A stretch of DNA of 64,000 nucleotides from an uncultured Gemmatimonadaceae bacterium (GTDB lineage: Bacteria; Gemmatimonadota; Gemmatimonadetes; Gemmatimonadales; Gemmatimonadaceae): assembly GCA_963790305.1 (NCBI GenBank), contig CAWBOC010000001.1, positions 96,001 through 160,000 of the forward strand, in the 5' to 3' direction. The translations under genes and the position numbers were made by a program. Within the stretch, counting starts at the first letter, position 1. Each line of letters starts with the position of its first letter. Below, in pieces: positions 21,035 to 32,331 of this stretch. The notes under the pieces were generated by a model that saw nothing but the letters and a program-made list of their open reading frames with translations, did no database searches and had not been told where the DNA came from.

Positions 21035-21941
21035 AGGCGTCGTGTCCGCGCTCCGGGCTCGCGGCGAGCTCTGGGATGTCGCCCCCGGGGATCGTCGGCC
21101 TGCGAGGGCGACGCGCTGGCGTTGCTGCGCTCGCTCGAGCACGAAATCATGCCTCGCTCGCGCAACGGGAGACGTCCGAAGACTGGGCGGCGCCGCCGGC
21201 GCTCGCGATGCGCACGCTGGAGCACGCCGAGTATTTCGCGTCGTTCCCGTTCTGGCTCACCGCGGCGTCGCATCTGCCTGACGACGAGTCGCGCGCTGGA
21301 GCGTATTGCGACCGACGATCGAGCCGATGCTCGGCGGCGCGGAGCGCGGCGCGCTGCACCGACGTGGCCCTGCCCCCGGCGCTCTGCTATCACGTCTTCG
21401 AGCGGCTCGCCGGGCGGCGCCTGACGACGACGGAGCTCGTGACACTCGCCGGCACCTGCTGGCGTCATGAGGGGTCGAGACTGGCTGCACTCGAGCGCCA
21501 ATGGGCGTTCACAATGCGCGAGATCGTGTGCGTGGGAGTCTCGTCCGAAGAGTGGAGGACGTTTCGGCAGCGTGCGATGCGTCGCGCCGGCGCGCTGGCG
21601 TCGCGCCTCGATCTCGACGCCGGATTTCTCGTCGCAACCGATCCGTTCTTCGCGCCCACCGCGCGTGGGAAGGCAATCGTCCAGCGCGTGAAGGCGCTGA
21701 AGCATGAGCTCGCGCTTCCCATTGGCGATGAGCGAAGCACCGCGGCCGCGTCGTTCAACAATCACGAGCAGTTCTTTGGCGAGGCCTTCGGCATCACGCT
21801 CGTCGACGGGTGAGGCGGCCTCGAGCGGGTGTGTCGCGTTCGGACTGGAGCGGTGGCTCCTCGCGTTTCTCGTTGCCCACGGCGTGGATCGCGCTGCCTG
21901 GCCGGTACGTCGATGCGACGTACGCGGAGGCCGAATCATGA
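21021..21941 (+). CDS. Amino acid:[carrier protein] ligase, class II seryl-tRNA-synthetase paralogue (frameshifted)
   Basis: YFASFP, PALCYHVF, motif 2 CWRHEG...RQWAFTMREIVCVG, ATDPFF, KHEL, SFNNHEQFFG, motif 3 SGCVAFGLERW; no tRNA-binding arm. Confidence 0.85.
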
Positions 21942-22686
21942 GCACGTCCGCGCTCATTCGCCCGCACCTCTACGCGCGCTTCGCGTCCGCCGCCGAGCGC
22001 GGCGCGTGGTCCATCGACCGGGACATCGCCTGGCATGCCGTCGATCGCGACCGCGCGCTCGCTCAACCCGACATTCTGGTTGCGCTGCGCGACGCGGCCC
22101 TCATCGAGTCGTTCCACCCGGTCAATCTCGCGCGATTTCTCCGCGTGCTGTGGGACGACGTCGACGGGTGCGCCGCGGTTGGGACTCGAAATGTACGAGG
22201 GGTTCAAGCACTTCCATGCCCTTCGGATGTACCTCGACATCGTCCGGTTCGAGCCCGCGATCACCGACGAGGAGCTGGTCGATCTGCGCCGCGCTGCGTT
22301 GATCGTGATTTCGCACCGAGCGAGGTCATCGAGCACCTCGTCGAGTTCATGCTCAGCGAGCATCTCGCCGCGTACTTCTTTCGCCGGCTGAGCCGAGCGC
22401 GCGGAGGAGCCGGTGCTCGCCGATTTGCTGCGCTTCATCGCCGCCGACGAAGTGCGACACGCACAGAGCGCCTCCGACCTGATCGCAAAGCGAATCGCAC
22501 GGGAACCGGCGCTCACGGATCGCGTCCTCGACCGCGGCGGTCTGCTTCCATCACTACGGCGAGGAGGCGGTGGGCGAGGTCCCCGTCGCCATGCCCGGCG
22601 ATCCCATCGCCATCCGCACGTTCGCCGAGCGCATCGAGCGTCTCTGCGGGCGTCGTCTCGTCGATCATCTCAAGACCACGTTGTAA
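21938..22686 (+). CDS. Ferritin-like diiron protein, acyl-ACP desaturase/AurF-like (frameshifted)
   Basis: WSIDRDIAW, ALIES, EMYEGFKHFHAL, MLSEHLAAYFF, IAADEVRHA. Confidence 0.75.
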
Positions 22687-22700
22687 CCGGGAGCCGACAC

Positions 22701-23246
22701 ATGCTCGACACCACCCGCGAGCTGGACCTCCTCAACTTCTATCGCGCCTCGGAGCTGCACGGGGGCCTCATCCTCGGCCAGATCGCGCGGCGCGTGCGCG
22801 ACCCGCAACTCGTGCTCGCCCTTACCCGTCACGCGGCGGAGGAGGTCGTGCATGCGCAATGCTGGACGGAGACGATGATCGCGCTGGGCGGCGAATCCGC
22901 GCCCGGTGCGCGACACCTATCAAGCTCGGTACGCGCGCGCGCTTCGCGCCCCTGTATCGCTCTTTCACGTGCTGGCCCTCACCCAGGTCTTCGAGCGGCG
23001 CGTCTTCCGGCACTTCACGCTGCACTTCAGGCGTCCGGGGACGCATCCCGGCGATTTGCGCGACGCCTCAGACGCCTGCTCGATGAGGAGCGCGAGCACC
23101 TCTCCTGGGTGAAGACCTGGCTCGAGGAGCAGGAGAAGGTTCGTGGGCGCGAGCTCGTCGTGCGCACCATGCGGGAGTTCGCCGAAGCAGACGAGACCAT
23201 CTACGCGGAGCTGTGCGACGAGTACGGCTTCGCACGCGCGGCATGA
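22701..23246 (+). CDS. Second, small ferritin-like diiron protein (frameshifted)
   Basis: YRASELHG...HAAEEVVHAQCW...TQVFERRV...LLDEEREHLSWV; two ExxH motifs. Confidence 0.75.
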   Translation: MLDTTRELDLLNFYRASELHGGLILGQIARRVRDPQLVLALTRHAAEEVVHAQCWTETMIALGGESAPGARHLSSSVRARASRPCIALSRAGPHPGLRAARLPALHAALQASGDASRRFARRLRRLLDEEREHLSWVKTWLEEQEKVRGRELVVRTMREFAEADETIYAELCDEYGFARAA

Positions 23247-24433
23247 CCACCGCGACCATGGCAGTCGCCGTCTCGCGCGCGGAGCCCGACGTCGCGCGCC
23301 CGCTCGAGCGAGTACGCTCGCGGATGCGAGCGATGGCCCTCTCATGTTCGCCCAGGTCCGCGAGGATCCCTGCATCGAGATGCAGGCGCTCGCGCCCGCT
23401 TTGGGCGGTACGATCGTGGTCGTGAGCTCCGCCGGGTGTACCGCGCTGTCGTTGCTCGCCGCTGGTGCCCGTCACGTCGTCGGCGTGGACCTGTCACGCG
23501 CCCAAAACCATCTCGTCGAGCTCAAATGCGCGGCCATCCGTGCGCTCGCACGCCTGGACGCGATCGCATTCCTCGGCGGCTCAGCCCATGGCCGGCCTGT
23601 GCGCCGGCGTCGATTGTACGGCGTCCTCTCCCCCCTGCTCACCAACCACGCCCGCGCGTACTGGGACGCCAACCGCGATGCGATCGAGCGTGGCGCCTTG
23701 CGAGCGGGCAAAAGCGAACGGTTCATCTCGCTCGTTGCATCCGTCGTGGCACGGGCCGTCGTTCGCTCCGATGGCGTGGCGGCGTTGCTCAACGCTGACA
23801 GCGTTGAGGCACAACGGGACATCTTCGCGCACTCATGGGCTGGATGGCGGTGGCGCGCACTGTTCGCGGTGCTCCTCAATCGCTGGACGTTCTCGCGCGC
23901 CTATCACCCTTCGTTCTTCGATCACGTCGAGAACCCGAGCTTTGCGCGACACTTTCGGCGCCTCGCCGAGCGAACGCTCACTGAGATTCCCGCACGCGAC
24001 AACTACTTTCTCCACGAGATGCTCACGGGCCGGTACCCCATGCACGAGCCCTTGGGTGTGCCACCCTATCTCACAGCCGCGAGGTGTGGCGCGGGGCGCC
24101 GACGGCGCACGGACGCTGTCGCCTCGTCGACGGATCGCATGACCGAGTACCTCCGCTCCTGCCCGCCGCGGTCGATCAATGGTTTCGCCCTCTCCAACAT
24201 TGGCGAGTGGCTCGATCGAAAGCGGACTCGACGCGCTCTTCAGCGAAGTGGCTCGCACCGCCCGCCCCGGAGCGCGCGTCGTCTTCAGGAATTTCGTTGG
24301 GTGGACCGAGGTTCCAGAGCGGTGGCGCAAGGTCATCGTCGAGCGGCCAGGCTATGGCGAGCGCTTGATACGCCGGGACCGTAGCCTGGTGCAGCATCGC
24401 GCCGTCGTGTGCAATGTGTGGAGCGCGGCGTGA
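23243..24433 (+). CDS. BtaA/DUF3419 family SAM-dependent 3-amino-3-carboxypropyl transferase-like protein (frameshifted)
   Basis: MFAQVREDP.IEMQAL, VVSSAGCTALSLL, VDLSRAQNHLVELK.AAI, NYFL, PPYL, FALSNIGEWL, ARPGARVVFRNF. Confidence 0.8.
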
Positions 24434-25563
24434 GCGCGACCGCCGTCGTGCCCGCGACACGGCTCGTGAGGCTCGCGACCGAGAGCGACAACGCGGCGCT
24501 CATCGAGCTCGCGGCGTCGTGCCCCATGGAGGGCGACCTGTCGCTCCGCATCGATCGTGCGCCCGACTTCTTCGCGCTGAATCGTCTCGAGGGCGATCGG
24601 TGGAAGGTCGCGGTCGTCGACGGTCCACTCGGAGATCCCGTGGCGTGCGTCGCAACCGCCGAACGGCGCGTGTGGGTACACGGTCGCGCCAGAAACAATG
24701 GTCTACGCCGGCGACCTCAAGGTACACCCTGACTTTCGCGACACGCGCACCGCGGACGCGCTCGAGCGATTCGTCGCCGAGACGGCGCGCGAAGCGGGTG
24801 GAGATCTCACGCCCGTTGTCTTGACCGTCCTCGCCGGAAACGCGGCAATGGAGCGGCGCGCCGCTGGCCCTCGCGGACTTCCGCGACTTCATCGCTTTGC
24901 CACGCTGCACTCGTTTGCGATTCCGCTGCTGTGGCGGCGGGTTGTCGATGGCGCTCCCGATCTCCGAGTGCAGCGCGCGACGACGCGCGATCTGGAGGAA
25001 ATGGCGGATCTATGGGCGGCGATCGCCCCGACGCGTCAGTTCTCGCATGTTCTGGACGCCGACGCGCTCGCCCGTTGGATTGCCGCCGCGCCCGGGCTCG
25101 AGATCGACGACTACCTTCTCGCGCGCGACCTGCGCGGAAAGCTGCTGGGCTTCGTCGGCTATGGGATCAGCGCGCGCTCAAGACCCTTCGCGTGCTGCGC
25201 TACTCGCCCGACGCTGTCGATTCTTCGCGGTCTCGTGACGTCGTAGCGCCCCTCGTCGGCGCAGCCGCCCCGCCGGAGATCGGCGCGCCGCTCCACTACG
25301 CCAACGCCGTTCACCTCTGTGTTCCGGTGGACCGCGCGGACGTGCTGCGCACCCTCGTCCTCGGTGCCTACGACCGTCTGCGCGGCTCTGATCGCGTCTT
25401 CATGAACGTCGCCCTCGATGCGCGCGAGCCGATCGTCGCTGCCCTTCGCGGATTGCTCGCCACGCCGACCGCCATTCACGCGTACGCCACCATGCCGCGC
25501 GGTGCGTGGGAGGGTCCGGCGCTCGATGACCGCCCACTGCATTTCGAAACCGCACTCGTCTGA
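24430..25563 (+). CDS. Tandem-GNAT-fold acyltransferase (frameshifted)
   Basis: RLATESDNAAL..L...PMEGDLSLRIDRAPDFFA, YAGDLKVHPDFR, TVLAGNAAM; second GNAT-like repeat RATTRDLEEMADL. Confidence 0.75.
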
Positions 25564-25570
25564 GGCGCAC

Positions 25571-26574
25571 ATGACCGCGAAGATGACCAGACTGGGCTAT
25601 CAGAATGCGCTTCTATCGAGCGTTGCGTGCGGCGAACCGCCGCTACTCGCCAAAGCACGACATGGCGGCGCAGCCGTTTCCCGCCCTGATCCAGCTCCAG
25701 ACGATCAACGCCTGCAACGCGTCGTGCATCATGTGTCCCTATCCGCTGTACAAGAAGGAGTTCCCGCGCGGGACGGATGGAGGACGCGCTCTTCGAGAAG
25801 ATCATCGCCGAGATCGCGGAGCGGCCGGAGGTGCACACGTTCGTGCCAATGCTCCAGAACGAGCCCTTCCTCGACAGAAAGCTCTTCGACCGCATTGCGC
25901 GCTTCAAGCAGATCACGCACGGCCGCGTGGAGGTGGAGCTCGTCACGAACGGCGCGTTTCTTACCGCCGAAGCGATCGAACGCATTCGCGACGTCGAGCT
26001 CGACGTCCTCGACATCAGTCTGGACGCCGTCAGCAGGCAGACATATGAGCGCATCCGCATCGGGCTCGACTTCGACGAGGTCATCGCCGGCGTCGAGCGT
26101 GTGATCGATGCGCAGCTTCCGCATACCAGCGTGTTCGTGCGCCTGGTGAAGCTCCGCGACAACGCGCACGAGGTCCGCATGTTCGCGGCGCGGTGGCGGG
26201 CACGAGGGATTCCCGTCTTCGTGTACACCGCGAACAATCGCGTCGGCGCACTTCCCGAGTTCGACGACAAGCTCCGGCTCACGCGCGAGCAGGTACCGCC
26301 GCTCCACCGCATCGGACGCCGGGCGGCGCGCGCCTGGCTCGGCCACTGCCCCGCCCCATTCGCGACGACGGACATCCTTCACGACGGCAGCGTGCTCCTC
26401 TGCACGCACGATTGGGCGAGAAAGGAGATACTCGGCAACGTCCGCGACCAGACGATCGCCGAGATCTGGAATGGGGAGCGAATGCGCGAGATTCGTGCTG
26501 CCGTATATCGCCGCGAATACGACACCCTACCGGCCTGCCGCGGCTGTTCACTGTGGAAAGATGGCTGGGTTTGA
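25571..26574 (+). CDS. Radical SAM enzyme with SPASM/twitch domain (frameshifted near the N-terminus)
   Basis: CNASCIMC (CxxxCxxC), NEPFLD, LVTNGAFL, ISLDA; C-terminal CPAPF...DGSVLLC..D...LGNV...IWNG...CRGC. Confidence 0.9.
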
Positions 26575-28884
26575 GCGTCTCGCGGCCGGGGTCGTGCACC
26601 GGCGTTGGCTCGTGGTGGCCGCCTGGTTGCTCGCCGTCGGAGCGCTCCTTCCTTTCGCCCGGACGATCGAAGACCGCCTAACCGTTGCTGCGCGGGTAGC
26701 GGGAAGTGAGTCTGCGGCGGTCGAGGAGGCTCTCGCCTCGCGATTCGGGTCGCCTTTCGCGCGCTGGGTCGTGCTCGTGGTTGCCGGCGTTCCGGGGCCC
26801 GACACGCCCGACGGTCGCGTTCTGTTGGAAAGCGCTGTGCGCACGCTCAACGATCATCCGCACGTGACACGTACCTTTTCGTATCTCGATGACGCCGATT
26901 CGTTGTTCGTCGGCGCGGCGGGAAGCGGGACGTTTCTCGTCGTCGGATTGGACCGGGGGAACGCGCGCGCCGAGCGAATGCTGCCGGGGCTGCGCACGGC
27001 GTCCAACCAGCTGGAGCGCGAGATCCGACGCTCACATCCCGAGGCGACCGTCCGATGGACCGGGGAAATCGCCCTCAACGCCGACCTGCGCGCCGCGAGT
27101 GCCGCAGCGGCAGAAGGCGCTGAGCGGCGTGCCCTTCCGCTGACGCTGGCGGTGCTGCTCCTTGCCTTTGGTGCGCTGGCGGCGGCAATGGTGCCCCTGT
27201 TCGCGGCAGCGGTCGCGGTGGGAGTCACGTTAGGCCTCGCTGCGGTCGCGTCGGCATGGTGGCCGCTGTCGATCGTACTCCAGAACGTGGTGTCGATGCT
27301 TGGCATCGGGCTCGGCATCGACTACGCCCTGCTCATGGTCAGCCGCTTTCGTGCGGCGCGGGCCGGTGGTTCCTCCGTTCATCATGCGGCCGTGGTCTGT
27401 GGCACACGGGCCGGGCCCACGGTGGTGCTGTCGGCAGGAACGGTCGCGATCGGTTTTGCCGCGTTGCTTCTGGTCCCCCTGGATGAGATTCGCGCGATCG
27501 CCGTCGGCGGCGCTGCTCGTCACATCGATATCGGCGCTGGTCGCCGTAACGCTCGTTCCGGCCGCCCTCGCGATCTGGGGATCGCGGCTGGAGCTCGGGC
27601 GGGTGACGCGAGTCCGCGCGTCACGCGGCGAGGCGCGATGGGCGGGTTGGGCGCGCTTCGCGGTCACACGGCCGCGTGCCGTTCTCGCTGCCGGCGCACT
27701 TCCCATCTGCGCGCTGGCATGGCAGGCGACGCGACTCGACACGCATCTACCTCGCGGGGACTGGCTCCCGCGCGATATGGAGTCCGCTCGCGCCGTTCGC
27801 GATCTCCAGGCGATGGAGCGTGGCAACGTGGTGCAGAGCATTCGCATCGTGCTCGAGCTGCCAACAGGCGTGACGGTGCTCGACCACGCCGGCTGGCGAG
27901 CGATGTCGCGAATGACGGCGGCCCTTCTGCGCGAGCCGGAGGTTGCGCGCGTGCGCGCGCTTCCCATCATCGCGCCCGGCGCGCTTCCGGGGTCCATGCT
28001 GGAGTCGCTGCTGCCCACGGAGGTGAAAGCCACCTTCGTCTCGCGCGACGGCAGCTCGACGGTCCTCGAGGTCGTCCCCGCGAACGCCGCGTCGCCTAAC
28101 GCACTCGTCGACCTCGTCCTGCGGCTGCGCGAGTCGGGCGCGGCCGAGCTCAGCGGAGTGAAGGGTGCCCGAATGCTCGTGGGAGGCATTCCCGCCTTCA
28201 ACGCCGATTATCGTGCCGCGCTCACGGGCCGCTTCTCCATGCTGGCGGCGGTCGTGATCGTCGCGACCCTGATCGTGCTCGAGCGTCGCCCTGCGCTCGA
28301 TTCTGATCCCGCTCAAGGCCGTGCTGCTCAATCTCCTGTCGGTAGGCGCGGCATTCGGCGCAATGGTGCTGGTGTTCGGCGATGGCGTGGGCATTCAGCT
28401 CCTCGGCCATGATTCTCCGCCGGGCGGTACGTTCCCGATGATCCCGGTGCTCGTCTTCTGCATCGTCTTCGGTCTCAGCATGGACTACGAGCTCTTTCTC
28501 GTCTCGCGCATCATGGAGGCCCGACGCTCCGGCGCGAGCGATACCGACGCCATCGTCGAAGGCGTGTCGCGCACCGGTGGCGTCATCACCAGCGCGGCCG
28601 CCATCATGATCGTCGTGTTTGGCGCCTTCACGCTCGGCGACGTGCTGCTCATACAAATGCTCGGCTTTGCGCTCGCCGTCGCGGTGCTCATCGATGCGAC
28701 CGTCGTTCGCATGGCGATTGGACCGGCGCTCTTGCAGCTCGCCGGACGATGGAACTGGTGGCCAGGCTGTGACAGGCCCTTGGGGCCCAAACGGCTAGCT
28801 CGCCCGCCGCGCCTCGCGGTCGTTCATACGCGCTTCTTCCCGTGGGTGGCGAGCGCTCTCGGTCACCGGCGCCCGGAGCGGTAA
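26561..28884 (+). CDS. MMPL/RND family transporter (2 or more frameshifts)
   Basis: [59 protein letters not shown]. Confidence 0.9.
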
Positions 28885-31800
28885 CGTCACCGTGAACCGG
28901 GTGCCTTCGCCGGGCGTACTCTCCAGAGCGAGGTCGCCCCCGAGTAACCGCGCGAGCCGGCGAGCGACGCTGAGTCCGAGGCCGGTACCCCCAACCTGAC
29001 GAGTCGCCGACTGCTGCACTTGCCAGAATGCCTCGAACACCTTGTCGGCGTTCTCCTTCGAGATGCCGATGCCGGTGTCCTCGACGACCACGACAATGCC
29101 GCCGTCGCGCTCCGCGAGCGTCAGCGTCGACGTGTCCGCGCTCGGTGAACTTCACCGCGTTCGAGAGCAAATTGAGGAGAATCTGGCGCACTTTGCCGGC
29201 GTCGGTTTCCATCGCAATCGCATGGTTCGGCACGCGCGTGACGAAGTCGAGCCCCTTCTCCCGCGCCATGGGCTCGATGAGCACGATGGTATCGCGGACG
29301 AGCGCGACCGCATCCGCCGGAGCCCGGACGACCGCCTCGCGACCCGCTTCCATTCGGGAGAAGGTGAGAATCTCCTCGACGATCTCGAGCAAGTGGCGAG
29401 ACGCGGTCCGGATCCGCTGCACGTGACCATTCGTCTGCGACGGAATGGCCGTCGGCACGCCCATGAGCAGCAGCTCGGCGTATCCGATGATCGCGTTCAA
29501 CGGCGTGCGCAGCTCGTGCGACATGACGGCGAGGAAGTCGCTCTTGGCACGGCTGGCAATGAGCGCCGTCTCGTACAGACGGGCGTTGTCCACCGCCATC
29601 GCCGCGCGCCGCGCAATCTCCTGAGCGAGCGCGAGCTCCTCATCGCCGTACCGCCGTCTCGACTCGGCGCTGACGAGAGTGAGGACGCCGAGCATGCGAT
29701 CGCGTCCTTCGATGGGAACGGAGACGTACGAAACCGGTGTGATTCCCTCCATGGTGCTCGCGCGGTGATCATCGGGCGCTTCGAGATCGTGCCTCTGCGG
29801 TGATACGACCGGGACGAGCTCCGCGTCCCCGGTGCGTGCCACGTGTCCAGGCCCCGACGGCGCGTCGAGCGATATCGGATTGCGAGTGCTGAGCTGCCTG
29901 ACGCGCTCCGCCTTGGCGCGGTCGGCGTGCGCCACCGCCACGCGGTGCAATGTGTCCGGATTGGATTCGTCGATGACGTCGACGACACACCAGTCGGCCA
30001 GCGTCGGTACCACCAGCCGCGTAAGCTCCGTGAGCGCCTGGTCGCCATCGAGCGTCGAGGCCAGCACGCGGCTCGCCTCCATGAGAAACCGCTGCATCTC
30101 CTCGGCGCGCTTGCGGTCGGAGATGTCGCGCCAGTATCCGGTGAAGCAGGGCGCTCCCGCGGCGGGCACGCGCGTAATCGTCAGCTCGACGGGAAACTCG
30201 GTTCCGTCCGATCGGAGGCCACGAAGCTCGATGCGTCGGCCAAGGAATCGGGTTTCGCCGGTCTCGAGGTGCGCGTGCAGCGCCGCGCGGAAGACCTCCC
30301 GAGGCGACGGCGGAAGGATCAGCTCCCCCATTTCCCTTCCCACGGCCTGCGACGGCGGCCACCCAAAGGTTCGCTCGGCGGCCGGGTTCCAGTCGGTAAT
30401 GCGTCCCGACGCGTCGAAAGAGATGACGCAGTCGATCGCACTGTCAATGACGGCGCGCGTGCGCGCCTCGCTCTCGCGCACCGCGAGCTCCGCCCGGCGG
30501 CGCTCGAGGAACTGACCGGCCTGACTGCCGATGCTCTGCGCCATTTGCAGCAGCTCGTCGTCCGGGTACCGGATCTCGGTACTGAAGAATTCCATCACGC
30601 CCACGACGCGTCCGGCATCGATGAGCGGGAACGACAGCGCGGCATGCAGGTCACGGTCCGCGAATAGCGCGGCGCGGGTGAATCCCGTCTCGCGCGCGAT
30701 GTCGGGAATCCAGAGCGGCGCGGCCGCGGCCCAGGTTTGCCCGGGAATGCCGACCCCGCACTCGAACGCGATGGCGCGATTCGCCTCCGCGAACGCTTCG
30801 TCGTGCTCGTGGTCGAAATGAATGTCCGCGCACCGCAGGACCTGTCGCTGCGCATCGAGCGCCCAGTGGAGCCCCACGTCCCAGCCAAGACTATCGCAGA
30901 TGCCGCGCAATATGCGCGGCGCCGCTTCGGACATGCCGCTCGATTCGGCGAGCGTCTGCGTGACGACGAACTGGGCCGCGAGCCGGCGTTCCGCTCGCTT
31001 GCGCATCCCAATGTCGATGAGCACTCCCCGCAGCTGACACGGATGACCGTGTTCGTCGCGCGCTCCATAGACCATCTCGCGCATCCACGTCACGCGACCA
31101 TCCGCGCTCAGCAGGCGATACTCGCTCTCACTGTGATCGCACGATTCGGCGACGTCGGCGAGGTGCTCGCGCACGTGCTCCCGATCGTCGGGGTGCACGA
31201 TCCGCTCGACGTACGCCCCGGGCTCGAGCCAGACGTCGGCGGGCCATCCCAGCATCGATTCGGCTCGGCGATTCACGAACGTGAAATCCTGGGTGCGTGC
31301 GTCGGCTTCCCAGACGATGGCATCAATGCCTTCGACCAGATCGCGATAGCGGTGCTGCGCATCGACCGCGGCCGTCCGCGCGCCGCGCTCGGCATCCAGC
31401 AGCCGGGCCTGGGCGATCGCCGTCGCCACACGGTCGGCGACGAGCTGTAGGAGACGAATGTCATCCTCGGTGAAGTGCCGAGACGCGTCCGTGCCGATCT
31501 CGAGAACGCCTAACACACGCCCTTCGACGAGCAAGGGTGCCGCCGCCAACGAGCTGAACCGTCGGAGTGCTTGACGCACGCCAGGCATCGCCGCGACATC
31601 ATCGACCGCGGCGGCCTCGCGGCTGAGCGCAACCTGGCCCGAGAGTCCCTCGCCCACCGACATCCGCACGTGCTTCGTTACCTCCTCCTCGAGGCCATTG
31701 GAGGCACATGCCACGAGCGTCTTGCCCGTCCTCCGCAATTTCGAGCACCGTCGCGTAGTCCGCTGCCAGGTGCTTGCGAATGCGCGAGAGGAGCTCGCGC

Positions 31801-32228
31801 AGCAGTGCGTCGAAGGAGAGCGTCGCGAGCGCCGGATCGGTGACGGCTCGGAGGGCGCGGATGCGCGCAGTCGCCGCGTCGGCACGATCGCTGGCGTCCC
31901 ACCACTCGCGGCGCAGCCACGCGGCTCGACGATGCGTCACGGCCCCCGCCATCATCGCCACCAGCAATGCCCCGAGCTCAGCGACGACCGTTAGGCGATC
32001 GTTGGCGGCATACTGAAGCACCGAGCCGGGAACGCTGCGCGCGAGCACGACCCACGCGCCCACCACCAGCCCGCCAAGCAACCCCACGCGGAGGCCACCG
32101 AGCGCGGACGCGAGCGCGAGAATCGCGATGAGCCCCGCCGAGGTCGCGGGGAGCTCCATGCCGCGCATGCGCAACCAGGCGGCGAGTGTGACCGCCGTCA
32201 CCACGAGCCCGAGAGCCGCCGCACGCAC
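28795..32228 (-). CDS. Membrane-bound multi-sensor histidine kinase, TM-GAF-PAS-GAF-PAS-GAF-HisKA-HATPase (frameshifted)
   Basis: H-box [19 protein letters not shown]-box [15 protein letters not shown] boxes DTGIGI and [11 protein letters not shown] motifs IVHPDDRE and [10 protein letters not shown]. Confidence 0.9.
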
Positions 32229-32331
32229 ACTCAGCCGCGTTGCCGGCGTTGCGATGACGGGAGCGTCGGAGAAAGAGTCCTGCGTACGCTCCTCCTGGAG
32301 AGAGGTCCGGTTTTGGCCGCGCTAGGCGCGC

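Noticed and set aside
21021..21941. Housekeeping seryl-tRNA synthetase (serS)
   Set aside because: Too short, lacks the tRNA-binding coiled coil, and is coupled to a carrier protein.
23243..24433. Standard DGTS betaine-lipid operon (btaAB)
   Set aside because: No btaB methyltransferase adjacent; context is a carrier-protein-based cluster.
25571..26574. RiPP cluster
   Set aside because: No precursor peptide, RRE/PqqD domain or peptidase-transporter visible.
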